In this document: one piece after another, positions 36,040-49,471 of the stretch
Layout of the letters: each line of letters starts with the position of its first letter
How positions within the stretch are numbered: the stretch's first letter is position 1
Made by a program: the position numbers and the translations under genes
Assembly: GCF_018350175.1 (NCBI RefSeq)
Contig: NC_058369.1
Coordinates: 10,418,001 to 10,482,000 of the forward strand
Direction of reading: 5' to 3'
Length of the DNA: 64,000 bases
Source of the DNA: Felis catus
Lineage: Eukaryota
Notes under the pieces: model-generated
What the model was told of the DNA's origin: nothing
The model's input: only the letters and a program-made list of their open reading frames with translations
Databases searched by the model: none

Positions 36040-38245
36040 TTTTTAAGTAGGCTTCACACCCAGTGTGGAGCCCAACGCAAGACTTGAACTCACGACCCAG
36101 AGACCAAGACCTGAGCTGAGATCCAAGAGTCGGATGCTTAACCGACTGAGCCACCCAGGCATCCCTGCTACGGCCCCTTAACATTACACTGTCCTCTGCC
36201 TGCAGTGGTTCCTTTTTTTTTTTTTTTTTTAATTTTTTTTTTCAACGTTTATTTATTTTTGGGACAGAAAGAGCCAGAGCATGAACGGGGGAGGGGCAGA
36301 GAGAGAGGGAGACACAGAATCGGAAACAGGCTCCAGGCTCTGAGCCATCAGCCCAGAGCCCGACGCGGGGCTCAAACTCACGGACCGCGAGATCGTGACC
36401 TGGCTGAAGTCGGCTTCACCGACTGCGCCACCCAGGCGCCCCCTTTTTTTTTTTTAATGTTTATTTATTTTTGAGAGAGAGACACAGTGTGAATGGGGGA
36501 GGGGCAGAGAGAGAGAGGGAGACACAGAATCCAAGGCAGGCTCCAGGCTCTGAGCTGTCAGCACAGAGCCTGATGCGGGGCTCGAACTCAAGAGCTGCGA
36601 GATCATGACCTGAGCAGAAGTCAGACGCTTAACCCCTGGAGCCTCCTAGGTGCCCCAGCCTGCAGTTGTTTCTGATACGAAATCAAGGGAAATTTATGTT
36701 GCTGTTTCCCTTTTATGTAAGGTGTCATTTCTCTTTGGCTGCATTTAGGATTATCTTTTTATCTTTGGTTTTTAGCAGTTTGATTACGATATGCCTAGGT
36801 GTGCTTTTCTTTGTATTTGTTCTGCTTAGAATTTGCAGAACTTCTTGAATCAAGAAATTACGTCTTTCAACAAATTTGGGGAGTTTTTGGCCATTATTTA
36901 AATATCTTCCTGCTCCAGGAGTGCCTGGGTGGCTCAGTGAGTTAAGCATCTGACTTTTGATTTCGGCTCAGGTTGTGATCTCAGTTTGTGAGACTGAGCC
37001 CCGCATTGGGCTCTGCACTGGCAGCATGGGACATACTTGGAATTCTCTTTCCCTCTCTCTCTCTCTGCCCCTCCCTTGCTTGCATCTGTCCTCTCTCAAA
37101 ATGAATCAATAAACATAAAAAATATTTTCCGGGGGCGCCTGGGTAGCTCAGTCGGTTGAGCGTCCGACTTCAGCTCAGGTCACGATCTCACGGTTTGTGA
37201 GTTCAAGCCCCGAGTCAGGCTCTGGGCTGATGGCTGGGAGCCTGGAGCCTGCTTCCAATTCTGTGTCTCCCTCTCTCTCTGCCCCTCCCCCATTCATGCT
37301 CTGTCTCTCTCTCTGTCTCAAAAATAAACATTAAAAAAAATTAAAAAAAAAATTTCCGGCTCCATTTCTCTCCTATCCTTCTTGAATTCCAGATACTGAG
37401 AGTCCCCAGAAAATTCTAAAAAACAAAGCAGGTTTCACACCCAGTGCAGAGCCCGATTTGGGGCTTGATCTTACCACCATGAGGTCATGACCTGAGCTGA
37501 CATTAAGAGTTGGACACTTAACCGACTGAGCCGCCCAGGTGCCCTGAAATTGCTCTGCTTATATTCTTAAAAGATTTTTTTTTGAAGCTTATTTATTTTG
37601 AGATGGAGCTTTCATGCACATGTGCCTGTGTGAGCAGGGGAGGGGCAGAGAGAGGGAGAGAGAATCCCAAGCAGGCTCAGCATGTCAGTGCAGAGCCCAA
37701 TGAGGGGCTCAAACTCACCAACGTGAGATCATGACCCGAGCGAAAATGAAGAATCAGACGCTTAACTGACTGAACCACCCTGGTGCCCTCGCTCTATGTT
37801 TTTAAAGACCAATTTTTTTAGGGACGCCTGGGTGGCTCAGTCGGTTAAGCGACTTTGGCTCAGGTCATGATCTCGCAGTCCGTGAGTTCAAGCCCTGCGT
37901 CGGGCTCTGTGCTGACAGCTCAGAGCCTGGAGCCTGCTTCAGATTCTAGGTCTCCCTCACTCTCTGCCCCTCCCCCGCTCATGCTCTGTCTCTATCTCAA
38001 AAACATTAAAAAAAAATTTTTTTTTAAGATTTAATGTGGGGCGCCTGGGTGGCTCAGTCGGTTGAGCGGCCGACTTCGGCTCAGGTCACGATCTCGCGGT
38101 CCGTGAGTTCGAGCCCCGCGTCGGGCTCTGGGCTGACAGCTCAGAGCCTGGAGCCTGTTTCAGATTCTGTGTCTCCCTCTCTCTGACCCTCCCCCATTCA
38201 TGCTCTGTCTCTCTCTGTCTCAAAAATAAACGTTAAAAAAAAGAG
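36040..38245. mobile_element. Dense cluster of about 9 Can-SINEs in both orientations
   Basis: Heads or tails at ~36165, 36443, 36656, 36919, 37131, 37545, 37790, 37821, 38038. Confidence 0.9.
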
Positions 38246-38877
38246 ACTAATTTTTTAAAGAGCAATTATAGGTACATGGCAACATTAACAGGAAAGAGCA
38301 GTGATTTCCCCATATAGCCCTTGTCCAAACACGCATACCCCACGTGTACCCCAGCAGGGACATCAACATCACTCACCAGAAGGTACATTTGTTACAATTG
38401 ATGTATCTAGACTGACACATCATCATCGTGCAAAGTCCATAGTTCAAGTTAGGGTTCACTCTTGGTGTTGTGCATTCTGTTGCTGGCACATTTTTCAATA
38501 TTTCATTCTTGCAAATGTAATCCAAACAACCTTCTTGTAAATATTGTCCTATGAATATGGTAGTGTTTTTCTGAGAAACACTGGAAAGATGTGGGATTGC
38601 TGGGGCCTGGGGGTATGTTAAATTTTCATAGCTATTAACAAATTGCTGAATGAAGTGTTTATATCAGTTTATGCTAATGCCATATGGGAATATCTCTTTC
38701 ACCCTGGTCTAACCGATATTGAATGCTGTCCAACTTTGAGGATTTTTTTTCAATCTAATGCTTGACAGTATTAGCTCCTTGTTGTAGTAACTTCAATATC
38801 CTTGATTACTATGCGTTTTTTTTCCTCTTTAAGTATTTTATTGACAAAATGCAGACTCATATCATGCATTTCTTCTT

Positions 38878-39102
38878 CTTTTTTTTTTTTAAATTTTTTT
38901 TAACGTTTATTTATTTTTGAGACAGAGAGAGACAGAGCATGAACGGGGGAGGGTCAGAGAGAGGGAGACACAGAATCGGAAGCAGGCTCCAGGCTCTGAG
39001 CTGTCAGCCCAGAGCCCGACGTGGGGCTCGAACTCACGGACCGTGAGATCGTGACCTGAGCTGAAGTCAGAGGCTTAACCGACTGAGCCACCCAGGCGTC
39101 CC
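38878..39102 (-). mobile_element. Felid Can-SINE inserted in the L1 3' extension
   Basis: TSD atcatgcatttcttctt (38861-38877 and 39103-39119). Confidence 0.93.
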
Positions 39103-42100
39103 ATCATGCATTTCTTCTTTTACTCTGCTATTTGTTCAGATAGTGCACACAGAGTTAGGTTAGATTTTTAGATTTTTTTTTCTTTTCTTTTTCTTTTCTT
39201 TTTTTGGGGGGGGTAAAAGTAATTTAACTATTTTTTATTTTTTTAAAATTTACATCCAAATTAGTTAGTATATAGTGAAGCAATGATTTCAGGAGTAGAT
39301 TCCTTAGTGCCCCTTACCCATTTAGCCCATCCTCCTCCCACAACCCCTCCAGCAACCTTCAGTTTGTTCTCCATATTTATGAGTCTCTTCTGTTCCCCCC
39401 CCCCCCGCTGTTTTTATATTCTTTTTGTTTTCCTTCCCTTATGTTCATCTGTTTTGTCCCTTAAAGTCCTCATAGGAGTGAAGTCATATGATTTTTGTCT
39501 TTTTCTGACTAATTTCACTCAGCATAATAACCTCCAGTTCCATCCATGTAGTTGCAAATGGCAAGATTTCATTCTTTTTGATTGCAGAGTAAGACTCCAT
39601 TGTGTATATATACCACATTTTCTTTATCCATTCATCCATCAATGGACACTTGGGCTCTTTCCATACTTTGGCTATTGTTGATAGTGCTCCTGTAAACATG
39701 GGGGTGCATGTGTCCCTTCAAAAGAGCACACCTGTATCCCTAGAAGATAAATGCCTAGTAGTGCAATTTCTGGGTCATAGGGTAGTTCTATTTGTAGTTT
39801 TTTGAGAAACCTCCATACTGTTTTCCAGAGTGGCTGCACCAACTTGCATTGCTACCAACAATGCAAAAGAGATCCTCTTTCTACGCATCCTCACCAACAT
39901 CTGTTGTTGCCTGAGTTGTTAATGTTAGCCATTCTGACAGGTGTCAGGTGGTATCTCATTGTGGTTTTGATTTGTATTTCCCTGATGATGAGTGATGTGG
40001 AGCATTTTTTCATGTGTTGGTTGGCCATCTGGATGTCTTCTTTGGAGAAGTGTCTATTCATGTCTTTTGCCCATTTCTTCACTGGATTATTTGTTTTTTG
40101 GGTGTTGAGTTTAATAAGTTCTTTGTAGATTTTGGATACTAACCCTTTATCTGATATGTCATTTGCAAATATCTTCTCCCATTCTGTCGGTTGCCTTTTA
40201 GTTTTGCTGATTGTTTCCTTCGCTGTGCAGAAGCTTTGCATTTTGATGAGGTCCCAGTAGCTCATTTTTGCTTTTGTTTCCCTTGCCTCTGGAGACATGT
40301 TGAGTAAGAAGTTGCTGAGGGCAAGATCAAAGACATTTTTGCCTGCTTTCTCCTCGAGGATTTTGATGGCTTCCTGTCTTACACTGAGGTCTTTCATCCA
40401 CTTTGAATTTATTTTTGTGTATGGTGTAAGAAAGTAGTCCAGGTTCATTCTTCTGCATGTCACTGTCCAGTTTTCCCAGCACCACTTGCTGAAGAGGCTG
40501 TCTTTATTCCATTGGATAGTCTTTCCTGCTTTGTCAAAGATGAGTCGGCCACACGTTTGTGGATCCATTTCTGGGTTCTCTATTCCGTTCCATTGATCTG
40601 AGTGTCTGTTCTTGTGCCAGTACCATACTGTCTTGATGATGACAGCTTTGTAGTATAGCTTGAAGTCTGGGATTGTGATGCCTCCTGCTTTGGTTTTCTT
40701 TTTCAAGACTGCTTTGGCTATTCGGGGCCTTTTCTGGTTCCATGCAGATTTTAGGATTGTTTGTTCTAGCTCTGTGAAGAATGCTGGTGCTATTTTGATA
40801 GGGATTGCATTGAATATGTACATTGCTTTGGGTAGTATCGACATTTTAACAATATTTGTTCTTCCTCTCCAGGAGCATAGAATCTTTTTCCATTTTTTTG
40901 GTGTCTTCTTCAATTTCTTTCATAAGCTTTCTATACATTTCAGTGTATAGATTTTTCACCTCTTTGGTTAGATTTATTCCTAGATATTTTATGTTTTTTT
41001 GTGCAACTGTAAATGGATCAATTCCTTGATTTCTCTTTCTGTTGTTTCATTGTTGGTGTATAGGCATGCAACCGATTTCTGTGCATTGATTTTATATCCT
41101 GCAACTTTGCTGAATTCATGAATCAGTTGTTGCAGTTTTTTGGTGGAATCTTTCGGGTTTTCCATATAGAGTATCATGTCATCTTTGAAGAGTGAAAGTT
41201 TGACCTCCTCCTGGCTGATTTGGATGACTTTTATTTATTTGTGTTGTCTGATTGCAGAGGCTAAGACTTCTAATACTATGTTGAATAACAGTGGCGAGAG
41301 TGGACATCCCTGTCTTGTTCCTGACCTTAGGGGGATAGCTCTCAGTTTTTCCCCATTGAGGATGATATTAGTGTTGGGTTGTTCATATGTGGCTTTTATG
41401 ATCTAGAGGTATGCTCCTTCTATCCCTACTTTCTTGAGGGTTTTTATCAAGAAAGAATGCTGTATTTTGTCAAATGCTTTCTCTGCATCTATTGAGAGGA
41501 TCATATGGTTCTTGTCCTTTCTTTTACTGATGTGATGAATCATGTTGTTTTGTAGATATTGAACCAGTCCTGCATCCCAGGTACAAACCCCACTTGGTCG
41601 TGGTGAATAATTTTTTTTAATGTATTGTTGGATCCAGCTGGCTAATATCTTGTTGAGGATTTTGCATCCATGTTCATCAGGGAAATTGGTGTATAGTTCT
41701 CCTTTTTAGTGGGGTCTCTGGTTTTGGAATCAAGGTGATGCTGGCTTCATAGAAAGAGTTTGGAAGTTTTCCTTCCATTTCTATTTTTTGGAACAGTTTC
41801 AAGAAAATAGGTGTTAACTCTTCCTTAAATGTTCAGTAGAATTCCCCTGGAAAGCCATCTGGCCCTGACTCTTGTTTTTTGGCAGATTTTTGATTACTAA
41901 GTCTATTTCCCTACTGGTTATGGGTCTGTTCAAATTTTCTATTTCTTCCTGTTTCATTTTTGGTAGTGTATATGTTTCTAGGAATTTGTCCATCTCTCCC
42001 AGATTGCCCATTTTATTGGCATTGCTCATAATATTCTCTTATTATTGTTTTTATTTTTGGTGTGTTGGTTGTGATCTTTCCTCTTTCATTCTTGATTTTA

Positions 42101-43337
42101 CTTTTTTGTGTCCTTTCCTTTTTCTTCTTGATCAAACTGGCTAGGGGTTTATCAGTTTTGTTAATTATTTCACAGAACCAGCTTCCGGTTTCATTGATCT
42201 CTTCTACTGTTTTTTTTTTTGGTTTCAATAGCATTAATTTCTGCTGTAATCTTTATTATGTCCTGTCTTCTGCTGGTTTTGGGTTTTATTTGCTGTTCTT
42301 TTTCCAGCTCCTTAAGGTGTAAGGTTAGGTTGTGTATCTGAGATCTTTCTTCCTTCTTTAGGAAGGCCTGGATTGCTATATACTTTCCTCTTATGACCGC
42401 CTTTGCTGTCCCAGAGGTTTTGGGCTGTGGTGCTATCATTTTCATTGACTTCCATATACTTTTTAATTTCTTCTTTAACTGCTTGGTTAGCCCATTCTTT
42501 CCCTAGTAGGATGTTCTTCAGTCTCCAAGTATTTGTTTACTCTCCAAATTTTTTTCTTGTGGCTGATTTCAAGTTTCATAGCATTGTGGTTTGAGAATAT
42601 GCACGGTATGATCTTGATCTTTTTGTATTTACTTAGGGCTGATTTGTGTCTCAGTATATGGTCTATTCTGGAGAACGTTCCATGTGCATTGGAGAAGAAT
42701 GTATATTCTGCTGCTTTAGGATGAAATGCTCTGAATATATCTGTGAAGTCCATCTGGTCCAATGTGTCATTCAAAGCCATTGTTTCCTTGTTGATATTTT
42801 GGTTAGATGATCTGTCCATTGTTTGAGTGGGGTGTTGAAGTCTCCTACTATTATGGTATTACTATTGGTGAGTTTCTTTATGTTTGTGATTCATTGATTT
42901 ATATATTTGGGTGCTTTCACATTTGGTGCATAAATGTTTACAATTGTTAGGTCTTCTTGGTGGATAGACCCCTTGATTATGATATAATGCCCTTCTGCAT
43001 CTCTTGATACAGTCTTTATTTTAAAGTCTAGATTGTCTGATATAAGTATGGCTACTCTGGCTTTCTTTTGTTGACCATTAGCATGATAGATGGTTCTCCA
43101 TCCCCTTATTTTCAATCTGAAGGTGTCTTTAGGTCTAAAATGGGTCTCTTGTAAACAGCATATAGATGGATCTTGTTTTCTTATCCATTCTGTTATCCTA
43201 TGTCTTTTGATTGGAACATTGAGTCCACTGATGTTTAGAGTGAGTACTGAAAGATATGAATTTATTACCATTATGATGCTTGTAGAGTTGGAGTTTCTGG
43301 TGGTGTTCTCTGGTCCTTTCTAATCTTTTGTTGCTTT

Positions 43338-43339
<2 letters not shown>

Positions 43340-43390
<51 letters not shown>

Positions 43391-43476
43391 TATATATATA
43401 CACACACACACATATGTATGTATGTACGTGTATATATGTACATATGTATACATATATACATATGTATACACATATA

Positions 43477-43532
<56 letters not shown>
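43340..43532. repeat. Compound TA/CA/TG microsatellite between L1 ORF1 and ORF2
   Basis: Seen directly. Confidence 0.95.
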
Positions 43533-43547
<15 letters not shown>

Positions 43548-44740
43548 CATCTTTTCTCCCCTCAGAGAGTCCCCCTTAAAATTTCTTGCAGGGCTGGTTT
43601 AGTGGTCACAAACTCATTTAACTTTTGTTTGTCTGGGAAACTTTTTATCTCTCCTTCTATTTTGAATGACCTTGCTGGATAAAGAATTCTTGGCTGCATA
43701 TTTTTTCTGATTCAGCACACTGAATATATCCCACCACTCCTTTCTGGCCTGCCAAGGTTCTGTGGATAGTTCTGCTGCAAACCTGATCTGTCTTTTCTTG
43801 TAGGTTAGGGACTTATTTTCCCTTGCTGCTTTCATGATTCTCTCCTTGCCTGAGTATTTTGTGAATTTGACTATGATATGCCTTGTTGATGGTCGGTTTT
43901 TGTTGAATCTAATGGGAGTCCTCTGTGCTTCCTGGATTTTGATGTCTGTGTCTTTCCAGGTTAGGAAAGTTTTCCGCTAAGATTTACTCACATAACCCTT
44001 CTACCCCTATTTCTCTCTCTTCCTCCTCTGGGACCCTATGATTTTGATGTTGTTCCTTTTGAATGAGTCACTGATTTCTCTAAGTTAAATCGTGCTCTTT
44101 TGCCTTAATCTCCCTCTTTTTTTTCTGCTTCGTTACTCTCTATAAGTTTGTCCTGTATATCTCTGATTCTCTGTTCTGCCTCGTCCATCCTTGCCACCAC
44201 TGCATCCATCCATGATTGCAGCTCAGTTATAGCATTTTTAATTTCATTCTGGCTATTTTTTACTTCCTTTATCTCTGCAGAAAGGGATTCTAATCTATTT
44301 TTGACTCCAGCTAGTATTCTTATTATCGTGATTCTAAATTCTGGTTCAGACATCTTGCTTGTGTCTGTGTTGGTTAAATCCCTGGCTGTCGTTTCTTCGT
44401 GCTCTTTCTTTTGGGGTGAATTCCTTCGTTTTATCATTTTGAAGGCAGAAAAGGAATTAATGAGGTAGAAAAATTGAAATTAAAAAAATTAAAAAAATAT
44501 TAAAATTAAAAATTAAAAACACACCCACACAAAAATGGAATAGATGATGCTAGATCCTAGGTGTGTTTTGGTCTGGGTGTAGAAAGTGGTTTGACAGATT
44601 AGAGAAACAAACAAAAAAAAAAAAGGGGGGGAGAGAAAAAAAAAGGAAATCATTTGAGAATTTGAAAAAATGAATACACTAAAGTAGATAAAATACACAA
44701 ATGTAGAGAATATAGTAGGAAAAATTATAGAAAAATATTT

Positions 44741-44961
44741 AAAAAAAATTTTTTTTTTCAACGTTTATTTATTTTTGGGACAGAGAGAGACAGAGCATGA
44801 ACGGGGGAGGGGCAGAGAGAGAGGGAGACACAGAATCGGAAACAGGCTCTAGGCTCCGAGCCATCAGCCCAGAGCCCGACGCGGGGCTCGAACTCACAGA
44901 CCGAGAGATCGTGACCTGGCTGAAGTCGGACGCTTAACCGACTGCGCCACCCAGGCGCCCC
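44741..44961 (-). mobile_element. Felid Can-SINE nested in the L1 upstream of ORF1
   Basis: TSD tagaaaaatattt (44728-44740 and 44962-44974). Confidence 0.93.
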
Positions 44962-47559
44962 TAGAAAAATATTTTTAATGAAAATTAAAAATAAATATGA
45001 ATTTTTTTCGTTTTCTGTATTTAAGAAAAAAGAAAAGAAACAAAAGAGAAAAAAGATAAAAAAAGAAAAAGAAAGAAGAAAAAAAAGAAATCATTTGAAA
45101 ATTTGAAAAAGTGAATACACTGTAGTAGACTAAAATGAAATGATGGGAGTGAGATAGAATTTGAAAAGATTTACACAAAAGCAAAAAATATAGTTATAAA
45201 AATTAAATGAAAATATTTTTAAAAGAGACTGAAAACAAAAATGAAGTTTTTCTCTTTCTGCATTCAAGAAAAAGAATAGAAATGAAAAAGAGAAAAAAAG
45301 AAGAAAGAAAAAAAGGCAATTGTTTGAAAATTTGAAAAGGCGGGTACACTGAAGTAGACTAAAATAAAATGATGGAAGTAAAGTAGAAGTTGAAAAAATT
45401 TACACCAAAGTAAAAAATATAGTAATAAAAATTAAAGACAGATATTTTTAAGAAAAATTGAAAATAAAAATGAGTTTTTTCTCTCTCTGTATTCAAGAAA
45501 AAGAAAAGAATTGTAAAAGAGAAAAAGAAAGAGAAAAAAAAAGGAAAAAAAATTGACTAGATGAACCTGCTAACAGATTGAAGTAGGACTGAAATTGCTT
45601 CCGTTTCCCCTAGAGGTCAGTCCATGTAGCTCTTTCTAATCCGTAAATGAAGCCGGCGGTGAGGTTTGTGTTCTTGAAGAGCAAAGTTGGCCCAGTCAGG
45701 CAGGGCTCGGTGTAAAAACTCCGCGCTCCACTAGATGGCGCTGCTAGCCTACTGGGTTGGATTGTTTCAGGGCTTGTCGGTGCACAGGTGCATGCGCAGG
45801 AGCGGTGGAAAATGGCGCCACCCAGCTACCCAGTCTGTTCTCCTCGGATCAGCAATTGCGCACCGGTCCTCCGTTTTCAGCTCTCGTCCACTCCCTGCTT
45901 TTCCATTCTCCGTGAGCAGGCCCCAGGCAGTACCTCTCTCCCAAGTTTTGTCTCAGATGCGGCTGTTTTCCCCGGCCCCTTACTTCCGAAGGACTGTGGC
46001 TTTGACCCGCTCCGCCCCTCTGCGGGAAGGTCTCACTGAGCAGTGGCCGAATGAGCAATGGCCGAATGTCGGCTGCACCCGGGAACGCTTGCCGGACCCT
46101 GCTGGTGCCGCTGCCCTGAGACTGCGGCCAGGTGTCAGCCCGCCCCCCAAAAAGATCGCGAGAGGGTGTAGCCTCAGCGTTTCAGGGACCGTGGAAAATC
46201 ACAACACACATCTGGCACCAGGCTTCACCCTCAACGACCTCGTCCCAGCACCAGCGAGTGTGGCCGCCTTCCGGGGTCTGCTGGGACCAGGTGGCCTCAA
46301 CAGTCTCTACCGAATGTCCTTTCATTCCGGCAGTGGAACCGCTTTTCCCCGTGTGGCCCGAGAACCTCCCGGACCCCACTCTGTTCCTGGGGATTCACCT
46401 TTCCCACCAGCGCACCGCCAGGTAGGGAGCTGCGGAGTTGCAGCCTTTGCGCTCCCCTTGTTTACAGTCTGAATGGAACTTAAACCCTCTCCTTTCTCCT
46501 TTCTCCCTTTGTAATTTCGTCCCTGCGGCTGTTTCCAATTTTCCACTTTCTTTCCAGCTGCTTTTGGGGAGGGGTGCTTTTCCTGTATGCTCCCCCCCCC
46601 CCCCAGTCTCCGTCCTCTCTCCGCCTGCAAAAGGGGGTTCCCTACCTTCGGGGCTTCTCGCTCCCCAAGTTCAGCTCTCCGTGCCGCGTACCTGCTGAAT
46701 TCTGTGGTTCAGGTTGTGCAGATTGTTGTGTTAATCTTCCAATGGGTTTTCTAGGTGTGTAGGATGGTTTAGTGTCCATCTGGCTGTACTTCACGGACGC
46801 GAGAGACACAAAAAGCTTCCAGGCTGTTCCGCCATCTGGGCTCCTCCCCGATTAACTATGCGTTTGTTAGCAATTTGCTTTTCTTTTTCTGTTAATTACC
46901 TATCAATTTCTTTTTCTAATATTTCATTAACCTTTTTATTATTGAATTTTAGAAGTTCTTTGCACATATTTTTGCCACTCCTTCAGAGTTTCTACACTCT
47001 CATGACTGCCCATACTTGGCCCTGAGCAATTCATTCAGAAATGTAGGTTCTCTTTTAAGCATTTCTGTGGCACCCGGATCTCTTCCTTTTGTGCTTCCCA
47101 TAGGTCTGCCTATGTGTGGATAATCCTGTCTTTCCTTAGACTTTAGGCCACTTTGTTGTCCTTACCTACCTTCTGTTATAGGTAAGAGAGTCTGAGAAAC
47201 CGAATGGTTTTGTAGTTTGTGTGGATTTTTCCTATTGTTATGTTGAAAGCAATACTCGTTTCCGCTTTTTATTTTGTCGGCAGAAGTGGAGATCCCCCCT
47301 ATTTTCTCGTAATATTTTAATGATTTTGTTGTTTTTTTAAATTTTGATTTCAAACCCATCACCATTAGCTGTGCAAATTCATAGTTTTAGAAAAGATCCA
47401 TTCACAGAATTAGTTTTGTGTGGAGAAAAAGACATTTTTATTGGACGTCTAGAAATCTATGATGGTATATAACTTTTAATGAATTAATAACTAGTATATG
47501 AATTTACTTTTCTAACACCTTTTTATTATTTTTTCTGACAGCTTTGATTGACCATTTTT

Positions 47560-48092
47560 ATTTATTTATTTATTTATTTATTTATTTTATTTTATTTTTT
47601 TTCAACGTTTATTTATTTTTGGGACAGAGAGAGACAGAGCATGAACGGCGGAGGGGCAGAGAGAGAGGGAGACATAGAATCGGAAACAGGCTCCAGGCTC
47701 TGAGCCATCAGCCCAGAGCTCGACGCGGGGCTCGAACTCACGGACTGTGAGATCGTGACCTGGCTGAAGTCGGACGCTTCACCGACTGCGCCACCCAGGC
47801 GCCCCACCTTTGTCTCTTAATTTTCAGCAGCCTCTAGCCCCTTTTAAAAGTGATACTGATGGGGCGCCTGGGTGGCTCAGTCGGTTGAGCGTCCGACTTC
47901 GGCTCAGGTCATGATCTCGCGGTCCGTGAGTTCAAGCCCCGCGTCGGGCTCTGTGCTGACAGCTCGGAGCCCGGAGCCTGTTTCGGATTCTGTGTCTCCC
48001 TCTCTCTCTGCCCCTCCCCTGCTCATGCTCTGTCTCTCTCTGTCTCAAAAATAAAAATAAAAACATTAAAAAAAAATTAAAAAAAAAAAAAA
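47560..48092. mobile_element. Head-to-head inverted pair of Can-SINEs
   Basis: Minus copy ends ~47805, plus copy starts 47861 with TSD aaaagtgatactgat. Confidence 0.9.
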
Positions 48093-49429
48093 GTGATACT
48101 GATTTCTCAACTCTGACATTGTAGCCTGAAAGCAGCCATAGACAATACGTCAATGTCCCAATAAAACTTTATTAACAAAAACAGGAAGTTCCCTGGATTT
48201 GGCCTGCATGCTATAGTTTGGTTACCCTCTCTCTAAGGGCTGGGTTAGATTTCAATTTTTTATGTACTAAAAATGGGATGTTGTAACTTCAACAATGGGA
48301 TGTATGTATCTCCTGATATTCCTAATGTCAGTTTGCCCACCACCGATGATATTAAGTATGGGCATTAATTCAGATGGTGGCTGTCAGATCTCCACGTTGC
48401 AAATGTGCACTTTGGCCCTTGTAATTAATCGGTGATCCAAGAGGTGATTCTTTGGTGCTCTGGTCCCAGCCTGTTCTCCAACACCCTTTCACTCAATGCT
48501 TTTAGTGACTATTTATGGGATATTGAAAGAGTCATGCTCTTCTACTTCTATGGTATTTTCTGCATCTATTAACTGAGCTTCTAAGTATCACTATGGACTC
48601 ACGAATATGTTTATCTAAAATATTATACTCATGTACAGTCATTTGATGTTCAAATTGTTACAAAATTGGTCAGTGGGAGCCTCCAGGGAATGTCTTGGAG
48701 GGGGAACCACTCTGGGTTTAGATCTTGCCTAGATGAATGGTAAGGATGAAATATTATGTTACGTATAAATGTGCTGTAGCAATATACACCTTTCCCCACA
48801 GCTCAACTTATAAAATGTAAAGATGCAGAGACTCGAGTCTCATAGTTCTGATTTTACTCCATCGGATGAAACTTTTTGCCCCCCACATTTAAACGCTGTG
48901 AACTCGGGAACTGGATCTCCTTGATCCAGCGCACATGTTTGGAAGGAATTAATCAGTAGGGCTTCAGGAATGGAGAGTGAGTAAGTTGAGGCATGTATGT
49001 ATGAATGGAGACCAACTGGTCTACTTTGCCTGTAACCAAAATGTTTCCTGGGGAGAAATACTGTGAGCTCTAAAATCAGGCAAGTCTTGGGCAACTGGCA
49101 TTAGTTGTTTACTCTACAGGCAGGTATTTGAATATTACTTTCCTCTCTTGTGTTATTTTAGGGAAGTCCTTTGAGGCTGGTTTTCCTTGTTATGTATCAT
49201 CAACCTGAGGAAGAATCTTTTTGGAAAAAGAGGTTTCTACTGGGGTATTGGGTTAGAGCTCCTGATTATACTGGGAAGGAGATGATGAGAATGCTTGTAT
49301 GTACCAGAAAACCCAAATTCACCAGCAGCTGAATGACAAACGTTTCCCGCATACTTTTCTCCCACAGTGGTGCCAAGGAGAGTTATTTTTAATACTCTTT
49401 GCCCCAAAGAGAATGGTTCAGTGTTTTCT

Positions 49430-49471
49430 TCACTTTCTAAGAGACAAGTTCGCCAGTTCATTATAATTCTC
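49430..49471 (-). CDS. Putative gene B terminal exon coding part ([13 protein letters not shown])
   Basis: Strong acceptor ccttctttttttag; GAG AAT TAT aligns to gene A GTT AAT TAA; only weak downstream similarity. Confidence 0.55.
   Translation of the reverse strand, partial: ENYNELANLSLRK

Larger units (their letters stand above)
39225..46849 (-). mobile_element. Full-length, inactivated carnivore/felid LINE-1
   Basis: 5' start GGGGAGGAGCCCAGATGGCGG; CpG-rich 5' UTR (~45600-46849); ORF1 pieces 44437-43614; ORF2 endonuclease (LTLNISGLN...CCLQETH) from 43271; later ORF2 pieces to ~39484; many frameshifts and stops. Confidence 0.95.

Noticed and set aside
39891..40913. 340 aa ORF as a host gene or active retrotransposon protein
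   Set aside because: It is a fragment of L1 ORF2; the element is broken by many frameshifts
44460..45560. A-rich ~250 bp tandem units as a novel array
   Set aside because: They sit between the L1 promoter region and ORF1 and are most simply part of the L1; not spacer-repeat structured
45735..46472. 245 aa plus-strand ORF in a CpG-rich region
   Set aside because: It lies antisense within the L1 5' UTR; no recognisable domain
47560..48092. Inverted SINE pair as a dsRNA editing substrate in the gene B 3' UTR
   Set aside because: No evidence the transcript extends this far; a minus-strand AATAAA at 48168-48173 comes first, and such pairs are common
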